Shown piece by piece: positions 37,136 to 50,725 of a stretch of DNA of 64,000 nucleotides. The stretch comes from Mizuhopecten yessoensis (taxonomy: Eukaryota), in NCBI RefSeq assembly GCF_002113885.1, contig NW_018406690.1, positions 456,520-520,519 of the forward strand. Reading direction: 5' to 3'. The stretch's first letter is position 1; each line of letters begins with the position of its first letter. Made by a program: the position numbers and the translations under genes. The notes beneath the pieces were generated by a model. It searched no databases. It had not been told where the DNA came from and saw only the letters and a list, made by a program, of their open reading frames with translations.

Positions 37136-38703
37136 ATTAGCGTAAATAAAACAATGTATCAATAATGGTTATATACAGGACTTAACAAAGGACGACGACT
37201 TTTGCAAAAATAAATGAACACAGTGTAGTTGACAGTAAAGTGATTCGTTAAGTAATGATGATATAATTCGTACAGTAACGGAACCTTGACAGGATGGACG
37301 CAATGTCGATTACGTGTTTGTTATTTAAGCTTTGTGGGCTTTGCTGCTTTAATCTGTACATTACTCAATATGAACCTCCGATGACATATATATAAATATA
37401 TACTTGCACTCAAAATCCTTACGAAAATGTTAAATTAAACTAGCTAGCATGTGGTCACTGTAATGCCTGTATTGACAGAAAGACTGGTTCGTTTGCTATT
37501 ATTCCATGTTTTAATCCAGGGGGTGTATTATGCCTTAACTTTATCTGGTTTTATACTTTAACTCTATTTGTTGTATGTTTTGCATCCACTTCATCTAGGA
37601 AGTCACAATACGCATGGAGTGCATAACTACATATTGCTATACAGAAGGAATATATTGCAATACTTATCTAAACATTTAAAAACATATATCATTTGGATAA
37701 ACAGATTTTCGTTAAACCAGTTGATTCCCACCACTAGTAATAGCCTACGTACAGTTATTGGCATTTATTTTTGAATAATTTATAATTTGCAAAAACACAA
37801 TACATAAAATTAGCTTTTGACAAATATTACGATTTTCATTTCTGTATTACGATACAATACAATATGAATGCGTATTGCGATAATTTAAACCTGTTCTACG
37901 ATATATTGCGACAGTCCAAATTTCTTCTCTGGACGATAACATGAAATCGGCCTTTACGTTTTCTGCTTCTTTATATTTCACATGACTTAAAGAAACCCGT
38001 AGGCGTTATATCTACGTAAAGGCATTGTACCAAGTTCTATGCGCTTCAATATCGACATAGCTAGTGCTGGAGTTTGTAGTCCTACATCCGTAATAGATGT
38101 GTGCTAACATTGTGTGTCAGGGTTTTTCAAAAAACTTATTTAATGTTTTATTAGAATATATGAAATCGTTGTTTTGAAAGAATTTGGCCGATTAATTTAG
38201 GTGTTTATTGGGGTTATGACGTACGAACCATCAGCCCTACAATACCCGTGCCCTGTAACAGTATGAAACGTATGTGGATTGTCAAACTCATATACCGTGA
38301 CGACTACATTCAATTCCTGTAACCAAACGAGATGATCATTTTAAAATGTGTTTATATACACTAGCATGTTTCCTGTATGTTACTTCCTCCATCGTGACAG
38401 TGATTTTATATATCACATTGTATTACGTACGTACTAGACCAAGCCGGGTCAGCGGTACTCGACTTGAGGAACACTGTTACAAAATGATTGGATATAGATA
38501 ACCAAATTTATAATTACTCTAATTTCAAGTGTCATCAAAATTGACACCTTTTTCATGCAGTGACGTCCTGACAAAAAAGCCAGTCCTTTGGTTGTAATGA
38601 AAGTTAACATGTATATGTGTGTGAATGTGGGCGGGGATAAGATTTTAATTATACACGGGATTACTGCCATTACTGTCGCCTTCTAGATTGACACTTAAGG
38701 GAA

Positions 38704-38781
38704 TTTCCCAATAAAGCAATGGTAGAGCTCCGGCGGAAATGGAAGATAGGGCGGTCACTGGTTCGATCCCCGGTGGGAGCA
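38704..38781 (+). pseudogene. Degenerate tRNA-like sequence (tRNA pseudogene or SINE head)
   Basis: AGCAATGGTAGAGC (D-arm/A-box-like), GGTTCGATCCC (B box) and TTCCCA/TGGGAG acceptor-like pairing. The anticodon arm is not interpretable. Confidence 0.4.
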
Positions 38782-41700
38782 CGCTGCTCTCTGTCCAGTT
38801 GAATTGATACGCAATTCTTATAACACATTTTTTCAGTCTGTTTCGAATTATCAAGACCTCTTACAGAATAAACTTAAATGAAATGGAAAAGAAATATTCG
38901 GGTTTAAATGTCGTTTCTTAGGATTCTTGTAAATGATTGGGGTGAATATGTGACCTGACACCAGTGAGAAACGACTTCCGGAGAAGCTTTCCTTAAAACC
39001 CTACCCTGGCCTTTTTCGGACACTCGGACAACGTTAACAAGATGTACGACAGTCGGACAGCTGCGTGGGTCAGGTAAAATTCACTCCAGCTCGGATGAAT
39101 TATGCCCTCGTCCTGCCACACATCATTGTAACTGACCATAAGTAGTCATCATGATGGTTTATGACTTTGGTTAAACTGACCACACTCGTCTTGCACGCGC
39201 TCAGAGCCCGAGGGTCAGCCTGCGAAAAAAATGAGTTGAAAATATCAATAAAAAAGCGAGATAACATGCTAAGCACGTGGCCGTTAGCGCCTTTTCTTTT
39301 GGCCTGTGGGCAGTTTTCTCTGTGTGGTTTAATATATCAGTGGGTGTATGCCGGTTTAATCTCCCTGTAAGAAATAGATGCAAGATATCAATGCTAAACA
39401 AATATTTTAATAAAAAGCAAACGCATCTTCCATGTAATACGTTTAAGTCGTTTCTGTTCTACATGAACTTTGGTCGTTAAGTTAAATTTGCAATCGATCA
39501 CCCATCAGTAAATCAATCGGAAAAAAATCCCCGTAAATCCTGTAACCTGCAAATGTATTTCAACAAAGTCATATTGTACTTAATTAACATCGCCGATAAC
39601 TGAAATGACAACAACGCATATCTTATTTTTTTCATGTGGTTACAAATGTACCATTAATGGTGTAAATTAAATAGTTATCTTATATAGAAACAATAAATTA
39701 TTCTACATCCTTGACGACCTCAAATTAAATTAATTATTATCAACAACGCTACGTACATATGCGTATTAATCACCAGGAGGATATGCAAATTGATTGAAAT
39801 CGGCCGTGATTGGCAGATACCGTCATGACGTAACCTTTTGATATATCATGTTTGTAGGTAACTCGCTGTATACATGCATGTAGAAATAGAGTTACAACAG
39901 TACACAGTCCAATGTTCTGGTCCGTTCCGTTGAATAATTCATACACATTCCGCAGTCATACATCTGATTTCCTGTACATGGCATTTAATCGGTACAATGA
40001 AATCTCCGGTTTCAAATGCCTTTTCCCCCCGTGTTGTCTTGCAGGTCTTCCGTTGCAGTGATACACAAACCTTTGTTTACCTAACGTACCGACGGAACTC
40101 TAAACCTTGGACTCCAAACAAAGGCCAGACAAAGACTCCCATAGACATGTAACTTAGAGTTCAAATATACGCAAACAATTTTACCGGTCGAAATGTTATT
40201 GATATGTACTAACACACATTCAATTCTGTCGAATCGATATTAAATATATTTCAGGGATATTGATGATGTAGGTAGGCTATGTCTGATTGTTGTGTTGTGC
40301 ATTTGGTTTAGCATAAGCAGTATCGATTTTGTATTGATTATCGAATCCCGAGGTTATCAAGTACTATTTCACGAAAGAAAATATCTGTTTAGAAGAAATT
40401 AAAAAAGATTAACATCGGAGACAGAGGAATCAATTGTTACAAAAAACAAGATACTTAGTATTCTATTAATTTTTAATCAAACTGTTCTTTACTAATTGCC
40501 ATTATTTACATATAAACATATATAACAGCGAAGGAAAAACACGCACGAAGACAAGATAACAGTGCGCTTATCTTTTTGAATTTTGTACATTTGTAAGAAA
40601 ACTTTTGCTCTGTACAAAATGTTGCAAAAACGAAAAAAATATTTTAAACAAGAGCAAGAACAAATATAAGAATAAAAATTAACAAATAGATAAAGAAACA
40701 TCACCAATACTAAATTTGAAACTTATTTTTTTATTGTTTTACTTTTTATAACCAAAAAACAAAGAAGTTACCATGGAGAAAAAAAAAGCTAACCGATTGA
40801 AAATAAAGAGTCTCTGACTTAAAAAATTAACTATGGACCTTAAAATGTGACGGCGGTAAATACTTGGTATGGAATAAACCTCTGCTTCGTTTTTACAAAC
40901 ATATTTTCTTCGCGAATGCAATACGGAAATAGATTTACAAGTTAAACAGAAACGCGTTTGTAAATCAATTCTAAACAACTAAAATACTTAAGTGTGCTTA
41001 GTCCAAACAACAGACTCATTCTTTACTGATGTTCAGATATTCAATTATTTAAAAGTATGCTACCTTTTTTAATCCAACATAAAGAATTTCAATATAGGCA
41101 TGGAATAATCCTGTTAGACCACAGGTCTTTCGATGTGTCGGAGTTTTTGGTAGCCACAGGGGACTTGGTTTCGATAAGACTCTAATCGTTGTGTATCGAT
41201 GACAACCAGTCTTTCTCACGATCCAAATCAGGGGACTTGTTTGGTCGGGATATAACTTTAATCTTAATTACGCTGTTTCTAAGTGTGGCTAAATTTTCTC
41301 TGTGACCCTGTAGTGAAATCTTATCCCAGTACACTTCCTAGGATAGACGCTGTTGTTTGTACATAAATGCCACGCAATATACAAAGGACCGATCATAACG
41401 TAACGTGTATATAATAAACAGTAAAGGCGACACGTCCGACTCGCTTCCCTTTCGGTCTGACATTGTCAACGTCTTAATGCGGACACAACTTATATATATA
41501 CTGGGGTAAAAATAGCAACTGGAAGTTAACTGTCCCCATTATGGGGTTTTTCGAGTTGGTGAAATCGATACCAAATTACAAGCTGTCATGTGTAATGTAA
41601 TTAAATCACGTGAAGGAAGTGAGACTGCTTTTGTTGCGAGATGTATTGAGTTACAGAGCTACCTGTTGGCCCCGTCCCGTACACACAGCCGACTATGTTC

Positions 41701-42159
41701 ACCAGTCTCTACGCGTTACAACCACAATCGTACCGACTGACATAAAAACATAATCTATAAACCAGCTACTACTCTTCCGCCAAAAAATCCTGCAGTTTCA
41801 GCTATTTTTTCTTTTCCAGTTACACAACTTACACGAAAGAAACTTATTGTTAAATTGCCCTATATTTCACAGGAACAAACACTGCACCACACAGTATGTG
41901 CAATGGTGAGGAACTGCCTTCAGGTAATTGCTGATAGTTGAGCACTGTATGCAATGAACAGTTATCACCAGATAATCTTGATTGACCTTGAAATTCTATT
42001 TTAAAAGGCTACCTCTGTTAAAAAGTCTTAAAAGTATTTAATGTACCATAATATAGCTTTACAACGAACTAATTTAAAACCATGAACCCAATCAACCTAT
42101 TAAATTTAAGTAATCTATTTGAAAATGGTCTGTTCTAGTTTGAGATTCCCCGTCGTGAA

Positions 42160-42241
42160 CTCATTCACCCCTGAAGACAAAGTTGAACTCTCCAATTCAA
42201 ATGTTGGAATAGTTCATTATGGAATTTCAGGGGTAAATGAG
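42160..42241. mobile_element. 82-bp hairpin MITE with TTAA-type target site (piggyBac-like)
   Basis: 16-bp TIRs CTCATTCACCCCTGAA / TTCAGGGGTAAATGAG (1 mismatch), flanked by TGAA and TTAA. An inner inverted repeat is also present. Confidence 0.65.
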
Positions 42242-43906
42242 TTAAGAGAAAAACTGAAACTGCAGGTACGGGTACCCCAAAACGGATTAAATGTGTTTTG
42301 TTTCTGCATGTAACATACGCGTGTATATTGTGAGCGAAACCAAAATATATTCTTGACAATAACAGCAACGTCCATTTTGTAATACTCGTAGCATTGATGA
42401 ACGACCGTGAACATTGTCCAGTAACTAAACATGTTTCAAAATAACGTTTAACTGACTATGTTTCTTGGTTAAGGAAACGATACCTTTTCTTAATCCATAC
42501 AGTTGGTAGATACAAATTAAGATCGACATTTATTAATTATTACCAGTTATCTGCTTTTTGATATTCATATGCAGGATTCATATCAACGTGTCCGTTTAAT
42601 TCCAGTTTTATTTTTCTTTACCTGCGTAGAAAATACTGCATTATATTTTGTAACGTTTTCATATGGAATTTCGCAGATTTATCGGACTTAAGCCAATCTG
42701 TCACACTGAATGCTTCCAATTCGTTTAACAACGACCTAGTTCGTGTAAATTCGTCAGGTGTTATGCATAATTTTACTGGATAAAAAAGGAACATTTATTG
42801 CAAAGTTTTCCAATGCATAATGTAAAATATAAATCAAGTTTATTGAAGACTTAACGCGACCTTCAATGTAAAAGATAGTTGACCTTGTAGATTGCATGAG
42901 ATATTGTCTACATGCCATCAACAAAGCTCATTATGATCATTCTTGTGTATAATTTGTTTTTGGTCATCACCAGATGTATGCATGTCGTTTGAACATGTGT
43001 TTTGACGGATACAAACTGTACGGGTTCTGACAAATGGAATTTCTTGCAACAAACCTTAATGATAACCCTAGGTAAAGAGAAAGTAGAAAGGTATAAGGGT
43101 TAGACACAATCTATTAATTTCTGCTACCGGACACTTGTGGCTGTTTGATGTTGTTATGAGTGCGTGTCCTTTGAAACACGCCGCAAAACACCTTCCAGAA
43201 CATGCAGATGTGCTCAGATGTTTCGTGGCCGACGAACGCTGACAGCGGTGACCATTGGACAAATGACCCTTACGATGCTTGACCAGCCCCGCCCACCGCT
43301 GACCACTGTCCTGGCAATGTCCAGTCATATGAAAATGGCGTGCCTCCTTAACACCATCCATGGAAACTGTAAACAGTCAGTCATAACCTGCAGCTGACAA
43401 CATGTGACAAATGACATCATATAAACGACAGACAGAGTATGTAACCTGTCACGTCCCACAGGTAGTAAACCTTACCGAGCGATATACAGCACGTTGATTT
43501 CAATACATCATCTGTCTATATCTGTTATCATTTAATTCATATTATTGAAGATTCATTAACATTTAACTTCTCATTTGGGAAAAAAAGGAAATCGTGTTTC
43601 CTTTTTTTAAGAGCGAACCCAAACGGCGTTCTCTATCTGTTTATCTACGTAATAGGTGAGTTGTAAATTGTGTTTCATTCATAGTTTCCGTAAACACGTT
43701 GTGATCGCTCAAACTTTAGGAAAGGCATAACAAGTCTTAACTGACGCAGATTATAAGTTTTTGTATGCATTAAACATTTCCAACGTCATAATATTGGTTT
43801 TAATTATATCATTTGTGTTATGCCATTGGTCCTTGCTGTTACAGAGAAACATTCGTGTTTACGTTACACTTTCTGTATGAAACATATTTACAGAGCTGCC
43901 CCTGTG

Positions 43907-44180
43907 CATGTGATAGTTTGTGTTATGTGCCGTAAGTGTTTTCAGACATGTGATATTTGTTAGTTTGTGCCGTAAGTGTTTTCAGACATGTGATAGTTGT
44001 TAGTTTGTGCCATAAGTGTTTTCAGACATGTGATAGTTGTTAGTTTGTGCCGTAATTGTTTTCAGACATGTGATAGTTGTTAGTCTGTGCCGTAAGTGTT
44101 TTCAGACATGTGATAGTTGTTAGTTTGTATTTTCAGGCATGTGATAGTTGTTAGTTTGGGCCGTAAGTGTTTTCAGACTA
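43907..44180. repeat. 40-bp minisatellite (CATGTGATAGTTGTTAGTTTGTGCCGTAAGTGTTTTCAGA), ~7 copies
   Basis: CATGTG at 43907, 43947, 43987, 44027, 44067 and 44107. Confidence 0.93.
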
Positions 44181-44409
44181 AACAAACAAACATGTGATAA
44201 CTGATGTTAAACCGTAAATATATCTTAGTTTTTGGTATCCTTATTTTCGCACTTATTTGTTCTTTGGATTACAACTCATAAAAATACGTACTCGCAAAAA
44301 ACCAATAACCTATATTTAATCTATAATGTACAGTACAGGGTGGTTTAACAAAACAAGATAATACCCTATTGTAGCCAAAACCATAATTCAATCTGAAAGT
44401 GTTTGATAC

Positions 44410-44532
44410 GAGGGCATCAAAATAGACAAGAGAAAGATGGACACGGGCACACTTCGGAAAAGAACGAGGAGAGTAAGACCAGGTGTACCGGAATAGAAAG
44501 CGTCTTCTGCTTCATGGGCGACATCCGCAATG
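44410..44532 (+). mobile_element. Best-preserved copy of a dispersed short repeat, probably a Penelope-like element fragment
   Basis: ACCAGGTGTACCGGAATAGAAAGCGTCTTCTGCTTCATGGGCGACATCCG aligns by eye with 31895-31950 and 49640-49693. The family assignment rests on recalled molluscan Penelope-like termini. Confidence 0.45.
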
Positions 44533-46878
44533 AAATCTAATAAGCATAATAACAAAATGTCGCAATGACATCACGAGGACAACTTTAAACCTGCCACAAG
44601 TCTGTAGTGTCAGTTTGCCGTCATCTTTTGACATTTATTATGGAAATTTTGAAATCTGTAGCAGGCCCTTGACTTGGTATAATAGTTACAACAGTTAAGT
44701 ATATAGTGTTATAATACTAACGACATATTAGGAATATAGTGGTATTTTGTTCAAAGATGTAACGCCATATTTTATTTAGATAAAGGGTATCTCATAATTC
44801 AACAATAATACACTTAAACGGGCTGCAGTGCCAACAACAAAATACGTTTTGGGGAAAAATGTCCACTTTATTGGATTCCTGTTTTCCGAATGGTATTTTT
44901 AGAATTATAAAGGCTATATGTGTTTACTGAGATTAGCAACAATATTTTCAACGCTTAAAACATGTAACATTAGCGCCATAGAGTAGGACGAGGTGTTGAC
45001 GAATACCATTATATTCCCACAATCTGGTGCTACATTGTGCTGATATACCTATTCCACATATGACGGAATCAATGATGAGGTTTGAACAAAGGGATGAAAC
45101 CGACTATAAGTGCGCAAAAGGAAAGCGAAATTTGATGATTCATTTAAAAAATAGCATTGATCGAATACCAATAAGAATTGTTTGGATGTGTTGTGACATT
45201 GATTACCCTGGAGAAAGCTATAAAACGTTCTATATGCGGAATTGATTGATAAATTCCTAGCAGCTTATCCGGACCAAAAGATTCTCGAGTAAAGAAACAC
45301 GATACCACTATACATATCGGTAATGAAAAACCCAGGTACACTTGTCCAAACTCATAAATAGAGAGTGTCTTAATCTGGCTGTAAAGTACACGCATGATTT
45401 TTTCTGTTGTGAATTATAGTGTTGAAATAGGTTTATTTTTTCTGTCATACGGTGACAGCCGAGTTTACGTTTTCTATTAAGCGTGGGAATATTAAGTGAA
45501 TTCATAGTTTAAATGGTTTGAACACGTAGATAGAAATGGTGATTTGCTGATATATTACTGCTTGTATCGGTCTATACATCACACATACATTTTCGTCGCT
45601 AATTGAACCTACCGTGTTTACAAACCCGATTTCCTCTAGCGATATCGCTCGATTACCCAAACACAATCGTGCAATAGGTTCCGTTATAACACCAGGTAAT
45701 TAAGCGTGTAACACATTTCTCTCCTCTTTCCTTTTCAGTGTTAGCTTAATACAAACAAAATTAAACCCAAAACATATTGATATTTACATATTACTAATAT
45801 AGCTTTTATTTCAATTAATAGGGTTATGTTAAGATCCTTCGAATGTCCTTTCATTTACGATCGCAAGACACAAAAATTAAACGTATTTGCTATGTGTTGT
45901 ATTGGCTTTGTACACTAAGCTTTGGAACACCTGTGTATTTTTCTTTTTGCAAAACAGGACTAAGGACTTATAACGTGCTTATCAACGTCTGTTCGATATC
46001 TTCACAACATATAATGTGGTTTTTCCTATTTGAATTATTGCATTGTATCACACAAATGTCTGGAGAAGTAATTAAAGTAACGTCGGAGGATATATCTGTC
46101 AAATACTATGTCTGTGAATGGACAAAAATGGCAACTTGGATTCTAATGTGGGCGATACATGAACCAACTTTCCTTATACAGCGGCTTTTCGTCTTCTAAT
46201 AATAGAGAGGATTTTAGGGAATGGATCGAGTTGGTACTATCATCTAAACATTTAAAGCTACAAAAACACAAATTGACATGTTGGCAGGTTAGAACTAGGC
46301 CCTCGAATGCCGTTTAAAGATTGTACACAAAACTGCGCACTACTTTTCGTCCAATCAATTCTGTAATTAGAAGGAGCGTGTATGTATTGTAGACTGAAAA
46401 ACAAAAAACAGCTTGCCAAAATCTGAAACTAAATTCCTCTTTCAGAAAACATCCTCTACATTAGATTGAAAAGTAATTCGATATTTCGACAACACATGTT
46501 TCGTATAAAGCCTCGTATCACAGTTGTAATTGTGATCAGACATACAAGAAGCAGAAGTAGCAAGGATAATCAACAGCACGTATTATCAATGAGTTCGATA
46601 TGTTAAAAAACAAAATTGTATTTCAATGGCTTATTATGATGGGTTCCTGCTCAATTGCGACAGTATGGTGTTTTTTTCCAAAAAGGAAAATAAACGTTTT
46701 CGGCATTTTGTCCCTATCAAAGAAGCATGACATATGAACAATATTCAAAAGAAAAGTGCTTAAAAAAACAAAACATTTATTGTTTTTACTGAGGATAAAT
46801 CGGCAGTGATTGTTGAATATACAAACGTGATTCACCTGCCATGTCAGATGTATTTATGCAGTCCATTTGTTTCAAAAA

Positions 46879-47884
46879 CAATCAAACCTGCTCTATACAC
46901 CACTTACTAGGAAACTACCTGTCGTTAGAGACCATTTTATTAGGAGACTACCTGTGATTAGAGATCACTTTATAACGAGACTACCTGTGATTAGAGACCA
47001 CTTTATTAGGAGACTACCTGTGATTAGAGACCACTTTATTACGAGACTACCTGTGATTATAGAGACCATTTTATTAGGAGACTACCTGTGATTAGAGATC
47101 ACTTTATAACGAGACTACCTGAGATTAGAGACTACTTTATTAGGAGACTACCTGTGATTAGAGACCACTTTATTACGAGACTACCTGTGATTAGAGACCA
47201 CTTGATTAGGAGACTACCTGTGATTAGAGAACACTTTATTACGAGACTACCTGTGATTAGAGACCACTTTATTACGAGACTACCTGTGATTAGAGACCAC
47301 TTGATTAGGAGACTACCTGAGATTAGAGAACACTTTATTACGAGACTTCCTGTGATTAGAGACCACTTTATTAGGAGACTTCCTGTGATTAGAGACCACT
47401 TTATTAGGAGACTACCTGCGATTAGAGACCACTTTATTATGAGACTACCTGTGATTAGAGACCACTTTATCAGGAGACTACCTGTTATTAGAGACCACTT
47501 TATTAGGAGACTACCTGTGATTAGAGACCACTTTATCAGGAAACTACCTGTGATTAGAGACCACTTTATCAGGAGACTACCTGTGATTAGAGACCACTTT
47601 TTTAAGAAACCTCCTGTGATAAGAGACCACTTTAAACATTCGCATCGGTATTAATTTTCTGTTAACCGAACCTATATCAAAACAACACCTTAACAAAGAG
47701 ACCGCTTTATAGGGTTTTCCTGTTAACGGAACCTGTATCAAAACAGCAGTTGCATTAAGAAACCACTGTATGTTGTTTTTTTTATTAATTTTCCTGTTAA
47801 ATGAACCTTTATCAAAACTGCATTTGCAAAAAGAGACCGCTTTCTTGGATTACTAAAGGTGTTCTCGGAATAAAATTTGGCATG
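46879..47884. mobile_element. Degenerate Tc1/mariner-type MITE hosting a satellite array
   Basis: The left end CAATCAAACCTGCTCTATACACCAC resembles CAGTCAAACCTG-type TIRs. GAGACC(A/G)C subterminal motifs continue to ~47840. The right end is heavily decayed. Confidence 0.4.
46908..47633. repeat. 33-bp satellite (ATTAGGAGACTACCTGTGATTAGAGACCACTTT), ~22 copies
   Basis: Highly homogeneous array. The unit is a dimer of 17/16-bp GAGAC(T/C)AC subunits. Confidence 0.96.
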
Positions 47885-50537
47885 TTATTTTACTTGAATA
47901 TTTGAAGTATACATAGGGGAAAAGCAGGTAAACATCCACGCACAATAGATGTGTTATAGAACAACTAGCAAAACTTATCAGACTTAGAGCAACTTAAAAA
48001 ATGATGTATTATTTCATATTTTATACAATACGCTGTTATTTATCAGATTATTTCATTCATAAAAACAACTAATGCATGAATATCCCGTAAATTACTAGCA
48101 ACTATCTTTTAACTATCTTTTGAACGGATATATAAAAAAAATAGTTACGGGAATATGACAGTTTCTATGTCCATACTTCAATATATGGCATTATCATATT
48201 TTCAATAGTCGATCTCCAGCATATTATAATAAATCAAAATTAAACTCAGCCATTGTCACGGATTGTCTACTCTCATTAACATTTGATATGTAGTAGTAAT
48301 ATAATGCAAATAAACCCTGGTTTAAATTTCAGAATTTAACGTACTGGTGCACTCGTTGCATGATAAACAAAAGATGTCAGTGATTGATTATAAATTGTGG
48401 AGCGGGGGAGTAAGCCTTACTTGTCGCTTGATAGGTACAATTCGATCAAGTTGTCGGCCCTAGTAATGTTATCTGCCTGGTTACAACGACAACACACATA
48501 AATAAAATAATTACACGTATTTTTCCATTTTCACCTGTAAACAAGATGATTCACCTGTAAGATATCTCTGTTAGAATCTTACTACACAGACTGCGTGCAG
48601 GTATGCAGGTGGTCCTGGCGCTTTACGTTCTTAAATATTCATGCGCATGCATTTCAATGTTTTATCTATTTTCTGAGTAAAACGTAATGTAAAACGTAAA
48701 CATTTGTATGGAACGTTTTGACACCGAGTATGAATTTTTAATCTAATTCGATGAGCAGTTTGATAAAAAAAATGATAAAAGGAACATTGAAAGCAAGAAA
48801 CGTAACAGCAAAACCCCACCAATGACGTACACAACTAACTGTAAACAATCGATACTGCATGTAACACATGTATGCATTACAAGACATTTTTTGGGGGGTG
48901 GGGTATTTTCTGGAGAGGAAGCTCTGGTTCCGTATAAGGTAATAATGTAATAGTAAATATCAGATCCGGCGGGACCAGGTAAGTCGTTCTTGGCGCGACA
49001 GGAATGCATTCCACACTAAACCACAGTCAATAAATCTGCGGTTTACAACCAACTCCTACAACTTTTCACCTGTTGACGCTACAAGCCCTATCAATGTATG
49101 CAGTGCTTTGTACAGAGGCATCAACGTGTGGATTGAATCATTGCATTTCAAGGTGTAGGAGGTTATATCTATCCTAAAATACCCACGCACTGTCTCAATG
49201 AGAATAGGGAACGTTTAGATTCAACAAGGCGAAAATCAAAATCAAAACCAACACCACGATCCTAATAATATATTATTTGATTTTAATAATTAGTCTACAT
49301 CACATTAAAACTAAATGTCTGTGACTGTTTTATATATTTAGCATAACATTCAATATAATAAAAAAATGTTTTAATAGAAACGTTTCAATACTACAATATC
49401 GCCAATAACCGCAGAAGTGTGTTTAATTTTATTGAAAACCAGCTATTTCGATATCCAACACGATTCCTACAGGTGTTTTTTGTTGTTGTACATAATTGAT
49501 GGGTCTAAAATGGGTCAACAAGTAATCTCATGATTACCGATGTGTAAACTAAACCGTAAATCAAAAACCTGATCAACAAATTAAGGGCAAAATATGAGCA
49601 AAAGAAAACTCATTAATATGGGGACCATATGGAGTACAAGGAGACTAGGTGTTTAGAAAAGGGTACGCGTTTTTCTGTTTCGGAAAACATCCCCTAGCAA
49701 ACCTTGGTCCGGTCAAAGTAGTGACAACAAAACCACAAGGGACACTTAGGGCAAAATAAAAAAAATCTCGGTAGGAATATCACACAAGGAAATAAAATAT
49801 TAGCCAATGAGATCCAGATGGCAAACATATACCTTGACCTTAATCTTTATCAACCTGTATCTCTCAAAACCATGTGATTTAGTTTTGTCCGTCATCATTC
49901 GACATCAATCACGGAAATCGTCGAAAACATATTTAAGGACGTTTCACGATGAACATATACGTCAGTTTTTTGTCTTGTGTGTGCTTAGCCACCGTAAACA
50001 ATGAAGAGATGCGTTATTTAAGTATATTATTCTAATACCAATACATTATCTATATTTACCTTGTAAGAAACATATGTTTAAAAAAAAGATAATTCCATTA
50101 CGAAATGCGACTTATCATATGCCAAAGTCTACAAAATAGTCAAGCCTGTGTATGTTTGCTTACACTGGCTTAATAAGAGCGCAAAAAAACAATTATTTTA
50201 TGAAACTATGAGTTCCATAATGGAAATTAATTTTCCAATTAATGGACTTTGAAGAGAAACTTTGAATGAAACTTAACCTAAGTAAAGCAATATTAATATC
50301 ATCCAACGTCTACCAGCAGTATTACATGTATGCAATGTGGGACCCAGTCTCGGCTGAACTTATGGCTTTCTGCAATTGTTGGAAGTAACAATTAAGAATC
50401 ACGAATTATAAAGTTATTGGATTTTTTTAATTATAAATAAATGTTATAATTTGTTAGTTACAGATGTAATAAAGAGAATGGTGAAGTTGAGAAAGTGCAA
50501 CGTACATAATTATATAATTGAAATGTCCGGGACATAT

Positions 50538-50725
50538 ATTCACACAAACTATTGTAGGGAATACATAAATACGTATGGTTTATTGAAATATATTATATTC
50601 ACACAAAAGTATTATAGGGAATACATATATACGTATGGTTTAAGGAAACATTATGTTCACACAAAATTATTATAGGGAATACATGTTCACACAAAATTAT
50701 TATAGGGAATGCATATATACGTGGA
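50538..50725. repeat. ~59-bp tandem repeat x3-4 (TTCACACAAAATTATTATAGGGAATACATAT..)
   Basis: TTCACACAAA at ~50539, 50598, 50656 and 50686. Confidence 0.8.

Noticed and set aside
46867-47654. 74-aa and 188-aa ORFs with IRDHFIRRLPV repeats
   Set aside because: A stop-free frame of a 33-bp satellite, broken by a frameshift near 47060, with no promoter or splice support.
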